The translations under genes were made by a program, and so were the position numbers. Positions 46,056 through 56,917 of a stretch of DNA of 64,000 bases are shown piece by piece (within the stretch, counting starts at the first letter, position 1; the number at the start of each line of letters is the position of its first letter). The stretch comes from a virus (lineage: Duplodnaviria; Caudoviricetes): IMG/VR virus record IMGVR_UViG_3300005739_000025; one strand, written 5' to 3'. A model generated the notes under the pieces. It did not search any database. It saw nothing but the letters and a program-made list of their open reading frames with translations, and had not been told where the DNA came from.

Positions 46056-46883
46056 ATGTTTGTTGGTATTTTAGCTTTAACAGCTTTTGTTATTGCGGGT
46101 GTGGCAGCTTATTTTTCCGTTCAAGGCATTGCTACTCTTTATGCAGGTGCTTTTATTTCCGTACTGGTAATGGCTGGTGCTTTAGAAGTCGGAAAGCTAG
46201 TTGCAACTAGCTTTCTTTATCGCTATTGGCATAAGACCAATCTACTATTAAAAACGTATATTTTAGTAGCGATTCTTTTACTAATGGGTATTACATCTAT
46301 GGGTATATTTGGTTTCTTAACTTCTGCTTACCAATCTAGTTTAGTAGAATATTCACAAGCTGAAACTCAACAAACTTTTTTAGTATCACAAAAAGATATT
46401 CTACAGAAAGAGTTAGAGTCATTAACACTTAGAGTTGATACATTAAACAAATCACGTTTAGCACAAGAACAAAGATTGCCTTCAATGTCACGAAGAGCTG
46501 CAGCTCCTGTATATGAAGATATAAAACAATCAGGTGAGGAGATAACTCAGGCAAGAAACAGAATGAATGAAATCTTTACAGAAATTAAAACTCTGGATGT
46601 TCAAGTCTTAGAAGCTCAAAAACAAAGCGGTCAACAAAAAGATATCGGTACTTTAAAGTATGCTGCCGAGCTATTCAATACTGATATTAATACAATTGTT
46701 AAATGGTTTACTTTAGCTATTATTGTTGTATTTGATCCACTAGCAATTGCTTTAGTTTTAGCTTATAATATTGCCACAAATAGAAAATTTAATGACGATG
46801 AAGTTGAAACAGTGAAAGAAGAAGTTACAACGTTAGGTAGAGTTAAACGTATGTTTAACGGTAAAGCTAAATACAGGAATTAA
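46056..46883 (+). CDS. Conserved phage multi-TM coiled-coil membrane protein
   Basis: AAYFSV.G, LEVGKLV, ITSMGIFGFL, IIVVFDPLAIAL; start moved to ATG 8 nt after TAAATA. Confidence 0.85.
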   Translation: MFVGILALTAFVIAGVAAYFSVQGIATLYAGAFISVLVMAGALEVGKLVATSFLYRYWHKTNLLLKTYILVAILLLMGITSMGIFGFLTSAYQSSLVEYSQAETQQTFLVSQKDILQKELESLTLRVDTLNKSRLAQEQRLPSMSRRAAAPVYEDIKQSGEEITQARNRMNEIFTEIKTLDVQVLEAQKQSGQQKDIGTLKYAAELFNTDINTIVKWFTLAIIVVFDPLAIALVLAYNIATNRKFNDDEVETVKEEVTTLGRVKRMFNGKAKYRN

Positions 46884-46884
46884 T

Positions 46885-47022
46885 ATGAAATACAGTAATA
46901 GAAGAAATTATAGGGATCAAATAATTGTAGAAGAAGAAATAATTACTAAAAAAACGGTAGTTAAGAAAAAAGAAAAAAGTCTCTTAAAAAGTTTACTAAA
47001 CAAGTTCATTAAAAACAAATAA
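46885..47022 (+). CDS. 45-aa basic micro-protein (not in ORF track)
   Basis: MKYSNRRNYRDQIIVEEEIITKKTVVKKKEKSLLKSLLNKFIKNK*; fills the gap exactly. Confidence 0.55.
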   Translation: MKYSNRRNYRDQIIVEEEIITKKTVVKKKEKSLLKSLLNKFIKNK

Positions 47023-47030
47023 ATATAATT

Positions 47031-47267
47031 ATGGACGATATTCAAAATACTTTAGATGCTTTAAAAGATTCTGTTTATGAGATTAACAGAATTATAAGAG
47101 ACAATTTAAATGATGAGCAAAATTTAAGATTTTTAAAAGCCAACATAGATCACTTATCTTTAAAGATCGCAGATAATGAAGTTGACCAAGCTTTAACCGG
47201 ACAAGATAATATAAATGTAATAAATGCCATTACAAACGGCACAAGTTATTATCAAGCTAATTCCTAG
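47031..47267 (+). CDS. Small late helical protein
   Basis: TAAATA 5 nt before ATG. Confidence 0.75.
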   Translation: MDDIQNTLDALKDSVYEINRIIRDNLNDEQNLRFLKANIDHLSLKIADNEVDQALTGQDNINVINAITNGTSYYQANS

Positions 47268-47299
47268 TTGCTAATTATTTTTTTACATTAAAATAAATT

Positions 47300-48208
47300 G
47301 TGAGTAAAAAATTCACAATATTTCATGTAGATGGCGGTGTAGGCAAAAATATAGTTGCTACTAGTGTAGTAAGAGCGATTAAAAAAAATTACCCAGATAG
47401 AGAACTAGTAGTTGTATCTCACTATCCAGAAATCTTCATTCATAACCCTAATATTTACAGAGTTTATAAGCTTGGTATGTGTTCTTATTTTTATGAAGAT
47501 TATATTAGAAATAAAAACTCTTTAATATTAAGACAAGAACCTTATTACTCTAGTGACGTTATTAATAGAAATAAAAATTTATCCCACGCCTGGTGTGATA
47601 GTTTAAATATAAATTTTGATTCTGAGAAACCTGAATTATTTTTTAATGTAATAGAAGAACAAAATGCTGATCTGTTATTTAAAAATATTAATAATAATAA
47701 ACCAGTAATAGCAGTACAGACAAACGGGGGATCGGGTTATGAAAATAACAATATAACTTTTAATTGGTATAGAGATGTTCCAATAAGTTTAATTCAACCA
47801 GTAATAGACAAATATAAAGATGTTTTTACCTTTGTTCAAATAAGATCAGAAAATCAACCAGTTTTAGAAAACACATCACAAGTAAAACTCACCATTAGAG
47901 AAATACTTTTATTACTCAGTAAAACTTCAGGCTCCATTTCTATAGATTCTTTTACACAGCATGCTTTAGCCTCGTTTAACAAACCATCTGTAGTTTTGTG
48001 GGTGGGAACATCTGAAAAGGTTTTTGGATATAGTAAAAATAAAAATATTATTTCTAGTTACAGATCAGAATTAGATAATTTGGAAAGTTATTTAGAACCT
48101 TACCCTCTTATTACCAAAGGTCATCAATGTCCAAAAAATTATAACCCATATAATTTATTTGATCCTAATATTATAGATCAAAACTTTAAAGAATTATATT
48201 TAAGCTAA
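47300..48208 (+). CDS. GT-B glycosyltransferase (GT9-like)
   Basis: [37 protein letters not shown]...KPS.VLW. Confidence 0.8.
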   Translation: MSKKFTIFHVDGGVGKNIVATSVVRAIKKNYPDRELVVVSHYPEIFIHNPNIYRVYKLGMCSYFYEDYIRNKNSLILRQEPYYSSDVINRNKNLSHAWCDSLNINFDSEKPELFFNVIEEQNADLLFKNINNNKPVIAVQTNGGSGYENNNITFNWYRDVPISLIQPVIDKYKDVFTFVQIRSENQPVLENTSQVKLTIREILLLLSKTSGSISIDSFTQHALASFNKPSVVLWVGTSEKVFGYSKNKNIISSYRSELDNLESYLEPYPLITKGHQCPKNYNPYNLFDPNIIDQNFKELYLS

Positions 48209-49333
48209 TTTTACAATATTAAAATAAGAACCTGATAGAGCTCTGCTTTGTAATTTTCTATCATCGTCAAATTCTTGTGAAAGAGAATAACTTACTTTAA
48301 ATGTACCTGTAACACTTGATTGCCACGTCATTGTTCCAAATAATGATGCGGGGAAATCTAAGTTACCAGCTATTATATCGGTTGTAGTATTGTTTGCCAA
48401 TCTTACAGGTTTAACCGAATCGTTCAACAGCCCGTTTCCTATTAAAACTGCAGGTGATACTGGATATGATTGATTGTTATACGCAGGACCAGTAAATCTG
48501 AATCTTATATTGCCTTCAGTAATAAGGTTATAGTTTACAGCATAAACTCCAGGAGCGCTTAATGTAACGGATAAGTTTGCGTCGTCAAAAAATGTATTTA
48601 AACCACTAGTTACTTGGGTGTGAGAGGTTTTTAATACATAAATGTTTGATAATACAGGTGTAAAGGTAACTTGACTACCGTTTATACCTGCAGTACCTTG
48701 TGGTCCCGTTGCCCCGGTGGGACCTGTCGGTCCTGTAGCTCCTGTTGCGCCTGTTGCACCAGTAGCACCTGTAGGACCTGTAGCCCCGGTTGCACCGTTC
48801 GTTCCATTTGCACCGGTAGGTCCAGTGGCACCTGTTGGTCCTGGAACAGTTGAGCTAGCACCAGTAGCACCTGTAGGACCTGTTGCACCTGTAGGTCCAG
48901 TTGCTCCAGTAGCTCCTACTGGACCTGTAGGTCCGGTAGAACCCGTATCACCTCTAACACCTTGAGGACCTGTAACACCTTGTGCTCCTTGAACGCCTTG
49001 AACACCTTGTGCTCCTTGAACACCTTGTGGGCCTGTTGGACCTTGTGGGCCTGTTGGACCTTGTGCACCTGAAGGTCCAGTTGTACCTGTAGCCCCTGTT
49101 GGACCTGTTGGACCTATAGGCCCTTGAGGGCCTTGTGGTCCGGGTGAACCTGTTAACCCAACGTAAAGACTTGCTGAAATTGGTCCAAAAACTGTTAATG
49201 AACCGAATATATTTTGATTAGCTGTAATAGAAGCTGAATAACAACTATCAATTAAATCTCCAAAATCTGCTTGTGTTGGGAAATCCCCTGTTTCGAATCT
49301 ACTTTTAAGGTACTCTAAAGACTGTATGGCCAT
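48200..49333 (-). CDS. Collagen-like fibre protein
   Basis: N-terminal [22 protein letters not shown], long G-X-Y tract (about 48680-49160), beta-rich C-terminal domain; TATAAATA 5 nt before ATG. Confidence 0.9.
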   Translation of the reverse strand: MAIQSLEYLKSRFETGDFPTQADFGDLIDSCYSASITANQNIFGSLTVFGPISASLYVGLTGSPGPQGPQGPIGPTGPTGATGTTGPSGAQGPTGPQGPTGPQGVQGAQGVQGVQGAQGVTGPQGVRGDTGSTGPTGPVGATGATGPTGATGPTGATGASSTVPGPTGATGPTGANGTNGATGATGPTGATGATGATGATGPTGPTGATGPQGTAGINGSQVTFTPVLSNIYVLKTSHTQVTSGLNTFFDDANLSVTLSAPGVYAVNYNLITEGNIRFRFTGPAYNNQSYPVSPAVLIGNGLLNDSVKPVRLANNTTTDIIAGNLDFPASLFGTMTWQSSVTGTFKVSYSLSQEFDDDRKLQSRALSGSYFNIVKLA

Positions 49334-49364
49334 ATTATTATTTATACGGCTACTATATAAAATG

Positions 49365-49820
49365 TGGAGATGAGGGGAGTTGAACCCCTGTCCATATAAC
49401 CTACACTTAAAGGTCTACATGTTTAAATGTCTTTAGCATTCTAGCCACCGTACGGTAACTTGGACTTTTAGGCTGCTTGGCGACACTAACCTTAGTTTTA
49501 AGTCTGCCTATAGATTATTATCGCAAACCTACATACGGAGGATTTTATTTTGTTACGTTGATACAGTCCACAGTTCAACTACCTCTGCTAGCAATGTAAT
49601 CTTAGAGGATCTAATTACAAGGACCTTAGGCTGCTAAGAGATACTCTTCTTCAGCGCCAACGAGGAACTCGTCAGCATTGTTAAAGATATACTCGGCTTC
49701 AGCCAAGATATCTGCAGTGTTATCTTCTGCATTTAGTTTTTAATCGATTTTTACGAGGCCATCGATCAACCTCGACATGCACTTAAAGTTTCAACTATAT
49801 GTCGAATCCAGTACATCCCC
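49365..49820 (-). ncRNA. ssrA: tmRNA (456 nt; CCA not encoded)
   Basis: 5' GGGGATGTACTGGATTCGAC; 3' GGACAGGGGTTCAACTCCCCTCATCTCCA; G3-U Ala acceptor stem; pk1-like segment; tag ORF 49730-49626 ending LAA*. Confidence 0.93.
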
Positions 49821-49881
49821 AAATTTCAAAGATCTTTAATATTATAAGTATTTAATTAACTAATCAATAATAAATAATTTA

Positions 49882-50106
49882 GTGCCTGTAGAAATTAAAC
49901 ATATTGATACTTTTCAAACTAGATTTTTCAATTCCTTTGTAAATTTAACAAAACAAGATAGTACGAAATACCCTGCCGTTACTACTACTAGAATAGAGCC
50001 AAATTATCTTCAAGGAACGTCAATGGATCTGTTAACTTCTTATTCTATCTATGATCAATTTGCTTTAAGAGTCTGGGCAAATAACTCTCCTTTATCCTCA
50101 ATTTAA
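49882..50106 (+). CDS. Small late protein related to the N-terminal domain of 44335 and 50138
   Basis: FVNL...TKYPAVTTTR vs FVEL.DSRYPAVSVTR; GTG 5 nt after TAAATA. Confidence 0.7.
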   Translation: MPVEIKHIDTFQTRFFNSFVNLTKQDSTKYPAVTTTRIEPNYLQGTSMDLLTSYSIYDQFALRVWANNSPLSSI

Positions 50107-50137
50107 TTGCATTTTTTTAAATAAGTATTAATAGAAT

Positions 50138-51085
50138 ATGTCCGATCGAATTGTTAAAGGTTATCAATCTGCAGAGTACGGAAAATTTTTAGAATTAAGT
50201 AATAATAGCAATTTCCCCCCTGTATCAGTTGTTAGATGGTCTTATCCAGACACAACATCTGCATTCCCTGGTAATTCTGCTGCTCAGCCCTTAAGCTCAG
50301 TAGACATCTATCCAAAATATTCGGTTTTAACAACCTTAACAAATCCAGAAGATATATCTATCTCTCTTTCAGCTGGAAATATAAACGTAAATTTATCTGA
50401 TGTAGAAAATCTAGTAAATAAATCTAATACTCTTTTAGATAATTTAACAGGAAATGTTTTAGATATAGAAGCGTTGGTCAGTACCAACAATACATATACA
50501 AACGAAATACGTGTATATTCTAATAATATTCCTACTATAGCATCAGATACTAGTTATCTCGACGATATTTATAACTATGCTACTTTTACATACGGGCAAG
50601 TTGCTATCATAAACAACACTACTAATGAAGTTCGTAACTCTTTATTTAATGGAATTGGTGGGTATTCATTAGGCGGTTATTTTAATAGCTATAACATATT
50701 TCTTTCTAGCATAGATGCAACACTTAAAAATGGTCTAAATGTAGAAGGTGGTGGAGGTACATTTACAGAGGCACCCGTTAAAAAGATAGCTTCAGACACT
50801 CTGGTAAGTTCCTTTATTACCCCTAGTGCAAACAGAATATATAATATATTTGGTGTATCTACTGCTAGTGTAGGTCAATATCTTCAAATTTATGATGTTG
50901 CTGGAACAACTCCAACAGGCACACCTGCTGGTATATTTTTCGTTCCTGCAAATAGTAATTTTAATTTTGAATTTGTAAAAGGTATGCCATTTACAAATAC
51001 TAACGCACTAATTGTTAACAGTATTACACCTATAGATTATAATGCAGGTAATAGCGATCTATTTATAACTGTAATATACAACTAA
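50138..51085 (+). CDS. Virion structural protein sharing an ~80-aa N-terminal domain with 44335
   Basis: YQSAEYGKFLEL...SYPDTTSAFPGNSAAQPLSSVDIYPKY vs YQTAEYGKFVEL...SYPDNTNAFPSNSSAQTVSSVEIYPKY. Confidence 0.85.
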   Translation: MSDRIVKGYQSAEYGKFLELSNNSNFPPVSVVRWSYPDTTSAFPGNSAAQPLSSVDIYPKYSVLTTLTNPEDISISLSAGNINVNLSDVENLVNKSNTLLDNLTGNVLDIEALVSTNNTYTNEIRVYSNNIPTIASDTSYLDDIYNYATFTYGQVAIINNTTNEVRNSLFNGIGGYSLGGYFNSYNIFLSSIDATLKNGLNVEGGGGTFTEAPVKKIASDTLVSSFITPSANRIYNIFGVSTASVGQYLQIYDVAGTTPTGTPAGIFFVPANSNFNFEFVKGMPFTNTNALIVNSITPIDYNAGNSDLFITVIYN

Positions 51086-51098
51086 ATAATAAAAAAAA

Positions 51099-54000
51099 AT
51101 GTCTATCTCAACAACAAATACAGAAAATTTAGGGGAAGCTAGAAGAACTCGTAACGTGTATGATAATTACGATAATTTATTATCTGTTGTAAAGTATGAT
51201 AAAAATGAAAGAGTTGATTATGTTTTAAAAACGAAAGGTAATGTCCCTGGCAAGGCCGTAGAAACACAAAAATTAGAACAAATACAAGTAGATATTAATA
51301 GATCAGCAACAAACTTGACAGCAGAATCAGCGACATTAAGAGCTAGAGTTTATAAAAACGATAATAGTAAAGTGTTTGAAACAGGTTTTATATACTGGGT
51401 AGGTAACCCCAGAGATAATGTTTTAGGAAAACCAAGAGTACGTAATATTTTTAATACACCAAATGTATTTAAAGGTAACTATTCTTTGAATATAACAGAT
51501 CTTCAAGATACAGCAACCTACAACTACAGAGCATACGTAATTCATGAATATGGGACAAATTATAGTGAAGTCAATCAATTTAATACCGTAGATTCAACTA
51601 CAATCTTTAGCATAGCAGGCGACAGATTTTCAGGACCATCCCCCCTTAAAGTAAATCTTTCTGCAATAAATGCAGGATTTGGCGACTTTACATACGCCTG
51701 GAATATGACAGGAGGCCAAATAGGTTTTAATTATCCGTTAAATAGTATCAATATAACAGCATCCGGTCAAGGGTACACCCCAACAACAAACAACTATACT
51801 CTACAGAGTATAACAATAGGAATGTCTGGTACTGCTTATGATATAACGGATAATATTATTGTTAGGGTAAATGGGATACCAACGCCTAGCTTAACGGCTA
51901 ATTTAGGATTTAACCCAACAACATTAACCTATGGTATTACATCAGTGAGCGTACCCAATGAGCCTTTATCTGGTTATCAAACTGATAATCTTAAAATTAC
52001 ATTCGTAGCACAGAGTAGTGCATCTCTTTTCTTTGTTGGGATAGGAGACAGTAATGATCTACCATATACAGATGAAGCCTTAATTGCTTCTTCTATTCAA
52101 ACATTAGATCCAGCGCCAGAATTTATTCTACATACAGGTGATATTAATCAAGAAGATCTATCAGGTAAATTTGTTGATAATTTTTTACCTCTTTGGAATT
52201 CATCCCCTTTAATATCTTCATTCTATCTTGCTTTTGGTAATCACGATTTACAAGGCGGGGATTACGGTAATTATCTTTTTGACTATTTACCTGCTACAAG
52301 AGAAAGCATAGGATCAACCAATAGAACAAATAAAAAATATTGTTATGATTTTGTTAAAGGGTTGTGTCATTTCTTTGTTATTAATACTGGTAATAATGAC
52401 ATACAAAGCTTAGGTACGGCTGGCGACCCATTCGCGAATATAAACAGTCAGCTTGATGAAATTATACCAAAAATTCAAGCATCAAATTCAAGATGGAAAA
52501 TATTCGTATGTCACAGACCACCTTATACTAATGATGTACAGCACAGACAAGGATTTTTTAATTACAACTCAACATTCTGGAATAACATTGAATCGAGGTT
52601 AAACTTTGAAAATTTAGGAATTGATGTTGTTTTAAATGGTCATGGCCAACAATATTCAGTGTTTCAAAAAAACGGTGTGTATTTTATACAAAACGGTTTT
52701 GGTGGAGCTAATAGAAGAGGTATATTAGAGCCTTTCGTACCTGAAACTGTAATAAATATTACCAATCTAGCCGGTTATATCAAATATTATGTAAGTTTTG
52801 ATGACTTTAGGTGGGAAGTTATTAATGTAGAAAATAATAACATTGTTGATGAGAGAACAATATCTAAAACAGGGACAGCTGGAATACCAGCCTCGGGTAC
52901 AGGTATAGGCGATTCTTACATAGTAACTAGAGAGAATAAAGTTTTAGTAAATAATGTTTATCAACCATCCTTATCAGCAATAACATATCTCGATCCTGAA
53001 ACTGGTTATTGGTCTGTTTCAACTATAAAATTTTTAACCGGTCCTATAATTTATAGTAATTCTGGTACAAGAGCAATAACACTATCAACTAATGGACCTG
53101 TCAACCAACCAGCAACTTTTACTGCCAATACTAGTATTGGTATTACTAATGCTGACTACTTAACTCGTACCATCACTCATACCTTCTCAACTGGAGGTAA
53201 TTTTATTGTTAGAGCTTTTGCAATACTAGGTAATAATATAGAAAAACAAGCGCAAAGAGTTGTTAGAGTAACTGGAACTTCTAACTTCCTACCTGAATGG
53301 CAATCTGTATTAACCTCACCATTCGCTAATAATGTTATTGCGGCGTATGACTTTCGTAACTTAGCCGGTTCACCTGGGATAAACGAGTATCCATTTTTGT
53401 TATATACCTTTGAACCTTCTTACGTTACAGTTGCTGGGTACAGTAATAACCCCGCTCAAAATAGAAGTTTATTTGTTAAATCCCCATTTATTCCTGATCC
53501 CCTTGCTGGAAGTATTGCTGTAGGTGGATATACAACACAAGGTATACCACTGAGATTAACGTCTAATAGCTATATACCTTTCGGTATAGGGGGGTATGAT
53601 ATTGGAGGTTATAATACAGAAAGTCTGTTTGGACAAGGTATAATAGAAAGTGGCAAGGCTTTAAGATTTGATCCTATACTTTTACCAGCTGGTTATTACT
53701 ATTCCGCTAACTACCCAGGAGGCTATTACGAATCTCAATCATGGTTTGCAGGTGGGGTAGGACTTGACGTTGCTTTTGATACACGTAGACCGTTCACTGT
53801 ATCAATGTGGGTAAATTATACAGAATTTAAAGATCCAGGTACTAAAATATTTTCAATTTTAGATTGGAGAAGTATGCCATACAGTATTACCCAATCTACA
53901 ACTGCTTTAAGTATATTTAAAAATGCATTTAACAATGAAATTATTGCAGGGTATGGTGGTGAAGAACCAGTTGCTGGTTATTTTACTGGCTATCCGATGT

Positions 54001-55913
54001 TATGTACTTGTGACCCTGCAAAAATGCTTACTCCAAATCAATGGAATCACATGGTTGTTACAAGAGATAATAATAGTATTTATAGTTATTATAAAAATGG
54101 TTCGCTTATGCTTTCCGGGACACCTGGAATGGGATTGTGGGGTAATGAAATTATATCCGGGCCTAGTAGCTTTCACGGTACATCTTTTACATTTGATGGT
54201 GCCGCGGGCTATTCTTCTGGTATCCTTGTAGGAAATACTACAGAGTTGTTGTCTCAAACAGCACCTCCAAGCGGTTTATTTGACTCCCTAGCAATTTGGA
54301 GAAAGGCTCTTAATCAAAATGAAGTTACAGAGCTTTATAATTCTGGAGCAGGTACTGAAGATTTTGCTTTTTATAAGCCTATAGTAGGACCAAAACTATG
54401 GCTCGGCGGCAGAGGTCAATTTAACAGAGAATTTGCTAATAGATTTCAAGATTATAGACCAACCATTAATACAACATTTGAATATAAAGGAGACTCATAT
54501 TGGGATAATGTAAGTTTGTATGCTCAATTTGATGGTACAGAAGCTTCTACAAATATTATAGATTCATCTAGTAATGCTGTAGAGTTATCGTCAACTAATG
54601 TAACAATATCTACAAATACTAAAAAATACGGATCTGGCTCAGGTTTCTTTAATGGTACAAGTTGTGCAATTACAACTCTATCTAGCGAAGATTATTGTCA
54701 TTTCGATGATGATGACTTTACAATTGAGTGGTGGGATTATATAGCAGGTTATTCAGGTTTTAGTAATTATAGTCCAATACTATTTTACGGCAACCCGGGA
54801 TTTTTACAACTTAATTCTATACCAGATGAAGAAAGATTTAATACATCTTTAGGTATAGCATACCATGGCAACAGAGATGATCATGTTGTAGTTTGGGTTG
54901 GTGGTTATCCAAACACTAAATTATATTTTAATACTGGTAGTAGAAGTCTCTCTACATGGAGTCATAACGCCTTAACAAGAAGTGGTTCTACATGGAGATT
55001 TTTTAGAGACGGTTTTTCAACTAATTTAAATTTTGGTAGTAGTAGGATTGGAGGCTATGGTGTTGTTGGGGGTCCAAGAACAGGCAGCATCGGCACAGCT
55101 TACATAGGGGGATATGAAAGTTTAAGAAATACTAATTTAGGACCACAACAATATTATTTTAATGGTTACATTGATGATTTAAGAATTACAAAACATGTAG
55201 CACGTTACACAACAAACTTTGTAGTACCCACAACATCATATCCTGTAGAACTGGGCGATATAATCGGTACAAGATTTAATAGAAATATGCCCCAAGGTCA
55301 GGCAGGATCCTTTGCAGTGGCACAAGAAACGGTTCCTGTAACATACCCCCATACACTAGTATTTGTAGGAAAAGCTGACGTAACAATTGGAAGTAGAACT
55401 ATTTTTCAAAACATACAAACAACATATAGTGATCAAAATATAAATCCTGATTTAAGAGGCGGTCAACAAATAGAAAGAGCTATCTTTAGTCGTGGAACTT
55501 TATTTGAAAATATTCCAGGATTATCCCCATCAAACGCACAAATAGATGCTAATGTAGGGGGATATTATACACCAACGGGCAATGAATGGTTTTACATTTC
55601 ATACAGTTTCCTAGGGCCAAACAACAATGATAATATTAGATATTATCTACAAACACCAACTGTATCAGGAGAAGGCATTCTCAACGGCTACAACGCACCA
55701 GGGTTTAATGGAATACCCGGGTTTGGTCTCGGAGGCTATGCTTTAGCTGGATATACTGGTAATTTAAATTCTATTCATCAAAATGCAAATATTATTCAAG
55801 GTATTGCAAGACTTGGAATTTATATTAATCAAGGTTTCCCTACACATAGTGACATGGTGTCATTATTCCAAACAGTAACTGCAGGCCCTGCCAACGATTT
55901 ACCATTACAATAA
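51099..55913 (+). CDS. 1604-aa virion protein: FN3/PKD-like, metallophosphoesterase and two LamG-like domains
   Basis: YNYRAYV and GPSPLKVNLSA (FN3/PKD-like); GDSN/HTGDIN/GNHD/CHRPPY/LNGH phosphoesterase motifs; FTVSMWV..WNHMVVTR..FDSLAIW and FTIEWW..WSHNALTRSG..FNGYIDDLRITK LamG motifs. Confidence 0.85.
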   Translation: MSISTTNTENLGEARRTRNVYDNYDNLLSVVKYDKNERVDYVLKTKGNVPGKAVETQKLEQIQVDINRSATNLTAESATLRARVYKNDNSKVFETGFIYWVGNPRDNVLGKPRVRNIFNTPNVFKGNYSLNITDLQDTATYNYRAYVIHEYGTNYSEVNQFNTVDSTTIFSIAGDRFSGPSPLKVNLSAINAGFGDFTYAWNMTGGQIGFNYPLNSINITASGQGYTPTTNNYTLQSITIGMSGTAYDITDNIIVRVNGIPTPSLTANLGFNPTTLTYGITSVSVPNEPLSGYQTDNLKITFVAQSSASLFFVGIGDSNDLPYTDEALIASSIQTLDPAPEFILHTGDINQEDLSGKFVDNFLPLWNSSPLISSFYLAFGNHDLQGGDYGNYLFDYLPATRESIGSTNRTNKKYCYDFVKGLCHFFVINTGNNDIQSLGTAGDPFANINSQLDEIIPKIQASNSRWKIFVCHRPPYTNDVQHRQGFFNYNSTFWNNIESRLNFENLGIDVVLNGHGQQYSVFQKNGVYFIQNGFGGANRRGILEPFVPETVINITNLAGYIKYYVSFDDFRWEVINVENNNIVDERTISKTGTAGIPASGTGIGDSYIVTRENKVLVNNVYQPSLSAITYLDPETGYWSVSTIKFLTGPIIYSNSGTRAITLSTNGPVNQPATFTANTSIGITNADYLTRTITHTFSTGGNFIVRAFAILGNNIEKQAQRVVRVTGTSNFLPEWQSVLTSPFANNVIAAYDFRNLAGSPGINEYPFLLYTFEPSYVTVAGYSNNPAQNRSLFVKSPFIPDPLAGSIAVGGYTTQGIPLRLTSNSYIPFGIGGYDIGGYNTESLFGQGIIESGKALRFDPILLPAGYYYSANYPGGYYESQSWFAGGVGLDVAFDTRRPFTVSMWVNYTEFKDPGTKIFSILDWRSMPYSITQSTTALSIFKNAFNNEIIAGYGGEEPVAGYFTGYPMLCTCDPAKMLTPNQWNHMVVTRDNNSIYSYYKNGSLMLSGTPGMGLWGNEIISGPSSFHGTSFTFDGAAGYSSGILVGNTTELLSQTAPPSGLFDSLAIWRKALNQNEVTELYNSGAGTEDFAFYKPIVGPKLWLGGRGQFNREFANRFQDYRPTINTTFEYKGDSYWDNVSLYAQFDGTEASTNIIDSSSNAVELSSTNVTISTNTKKYGSGSGFFNGTSCAITTLSSEDYCHFDDDDFTIEWWDYIAGYSGFSNYSPILFYGNPGFLQLNSIPDEERFNTSLGIAYHGNRDDHVVVWVGGYPNTKLYFNTGSRSLSTWSHNALTRSGSTWRFFRDGFSTNLNFGSSRIGGYGVVGGPRTGSIGTAYIGGYESLRNTNLGPQQYYFNGYIDDLRITKHVARYTTNFVVPTTSYPVELGDIIGTRFNRNMPQGQAGSFAVAQETVPVTYPHTLVFVGKADVTIGSRTIFQNIQTTYSDQNINPDLRGGQQIERAIFSRGTLFENIPGLSPSNAQIDANVGGYYTPTGNEWFYISYSFLGPNNNDNIRYYLQTPTVSGEGILNGYNAPGFNGIPGFGLGGYALAGYTGNLNSIHQNANIIQGIARLGIYINQGFPTHSDMVSLFQTVTAGPANDLPLQ

Positions 55914-55921
55914 ATATACAT

Positions 55922-56917
55922 ATGAGAGTTAACTTAAACAAAGTTGCAGAACAGATTATACCTGAATACTGTCATAAGCAATTTGTTGACAATGTTTCGG
56001 AAATATCTCTACCACCCCTGTATCGTGGTGCACTTAGAACCTTTTACCCGTCTACAATTAAAAGACAGAAAAGTGGAGATAAACTTCGTAGATATATATT
56101 TACCTACAATTCAAACGGTAAGTTTGATTTTATTGCTACAAGACACGGGCAAAGAAACGGTGGTAATAATATAAGACCAGATGAAGTACAGTTAAATGTT
56201 ACATTAACAGACCCGGAAAATAATTTTGCAGTACTTAAAAGCAGAAATTTTAATAAAGTTTCTAATAATGTTTATACTTTTGGCCAGGTTACAAGAATTA
56301 TATATGTAAATCAAACTTATTACTGGCAAGAAAGACTTCCCGAGGATAATATTTTTAATAGTTTATATTATTCAGCACCAACAACAAATTCTTTAGAAAA
56401 TGCTGATAAAGAAAACGATGTAAACTGGTTTCAATTTGGTACAAATAAATATGTAATTGCAAATAGCACAGGCGTCGGTTTCTATAATAATAATACTTTA
56501 GTAGGTTTAAATAGTTGGCCTATTAAAAATGAAGAAATAAAAGTAAAAAGATATATTACACAGGATAGTCAAAATGTAAATTCTTTTTCTACTGATCTTG
56601 TTACTGAGACAAGACCAGTAATGCTTGACGACTCATATTTACATAAATGCTTTAACAATGTAAAGCTCGATGCTTATGACACGGTATTCGTAGAGGTATT
56701 ATGGAAAGAATACACCAATAAAACATCATTTAGAGCGAGTAAGCCAATATGGATTGGTGAATCATTTACTATTCCAGTACTAAAAGGTAGAGTTTATAGA
56801 GTCGGGACTTTGGCAAAGAGTAATGGCGTTAATGATTATGACGTCGTAACATTTGCACAAAGGACAAAAATTAAAACAACAAGAAATAAAAGAGGAGGAA
56901 ATACAGTTTATAGATAA
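55922..56917 (+). CDS. Late hypothetical (probable structural) protein; possibly exon 1 of an intron-split gene
   Basis: TAAATA 5 nt before ATG; its stop codon abuts the group I intron core. Confidence 0.8.
   Translation: MRVNLNKVAEQIIPEYCHKQFVDNVSEISLPPLYRGALRTFYPSTIKRQKSGDKLRRYIFTYNSNGKFDFIATRHGQRNGGNNIRPDEVQLNVTLTDPENNFAVLKSRNFNKVSNNVYTFGQVTRIIYVNQTYYWQERLPEDNIFNSLYYSAPTTNSLENADKENDVNWFQFGTNKYVIANSTGVGFYNNNTLVGLNSWPIKNEEIKVKRYITQDSQNVNSFSTDLVTETRPVMLDDSYLHKCFNNVKLDAYDTVFVEVLWKEYTNKTSFRASKPIWIGESFTIPVLKGRVYRVGTLAKSNGVNDYDVVTFAQRTKIKTTRNKRGGNTVYR

Noticed and set aside
48680-49160. Dense short nucleotide repeats suggesting a CRISPR array or satellite
   Set aside because: They are 9-nt-periodic collagen G-X-Y codons with no unique spacers. 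No CRISPR array was seen anywhere in the window.
49365-49400. tRNA-like T-arm and acceptor sequence
   Set aside because: It is the 3' end of the tmRNA, pairing with GGGGATG 450 nt away; no anticodon arm is present.
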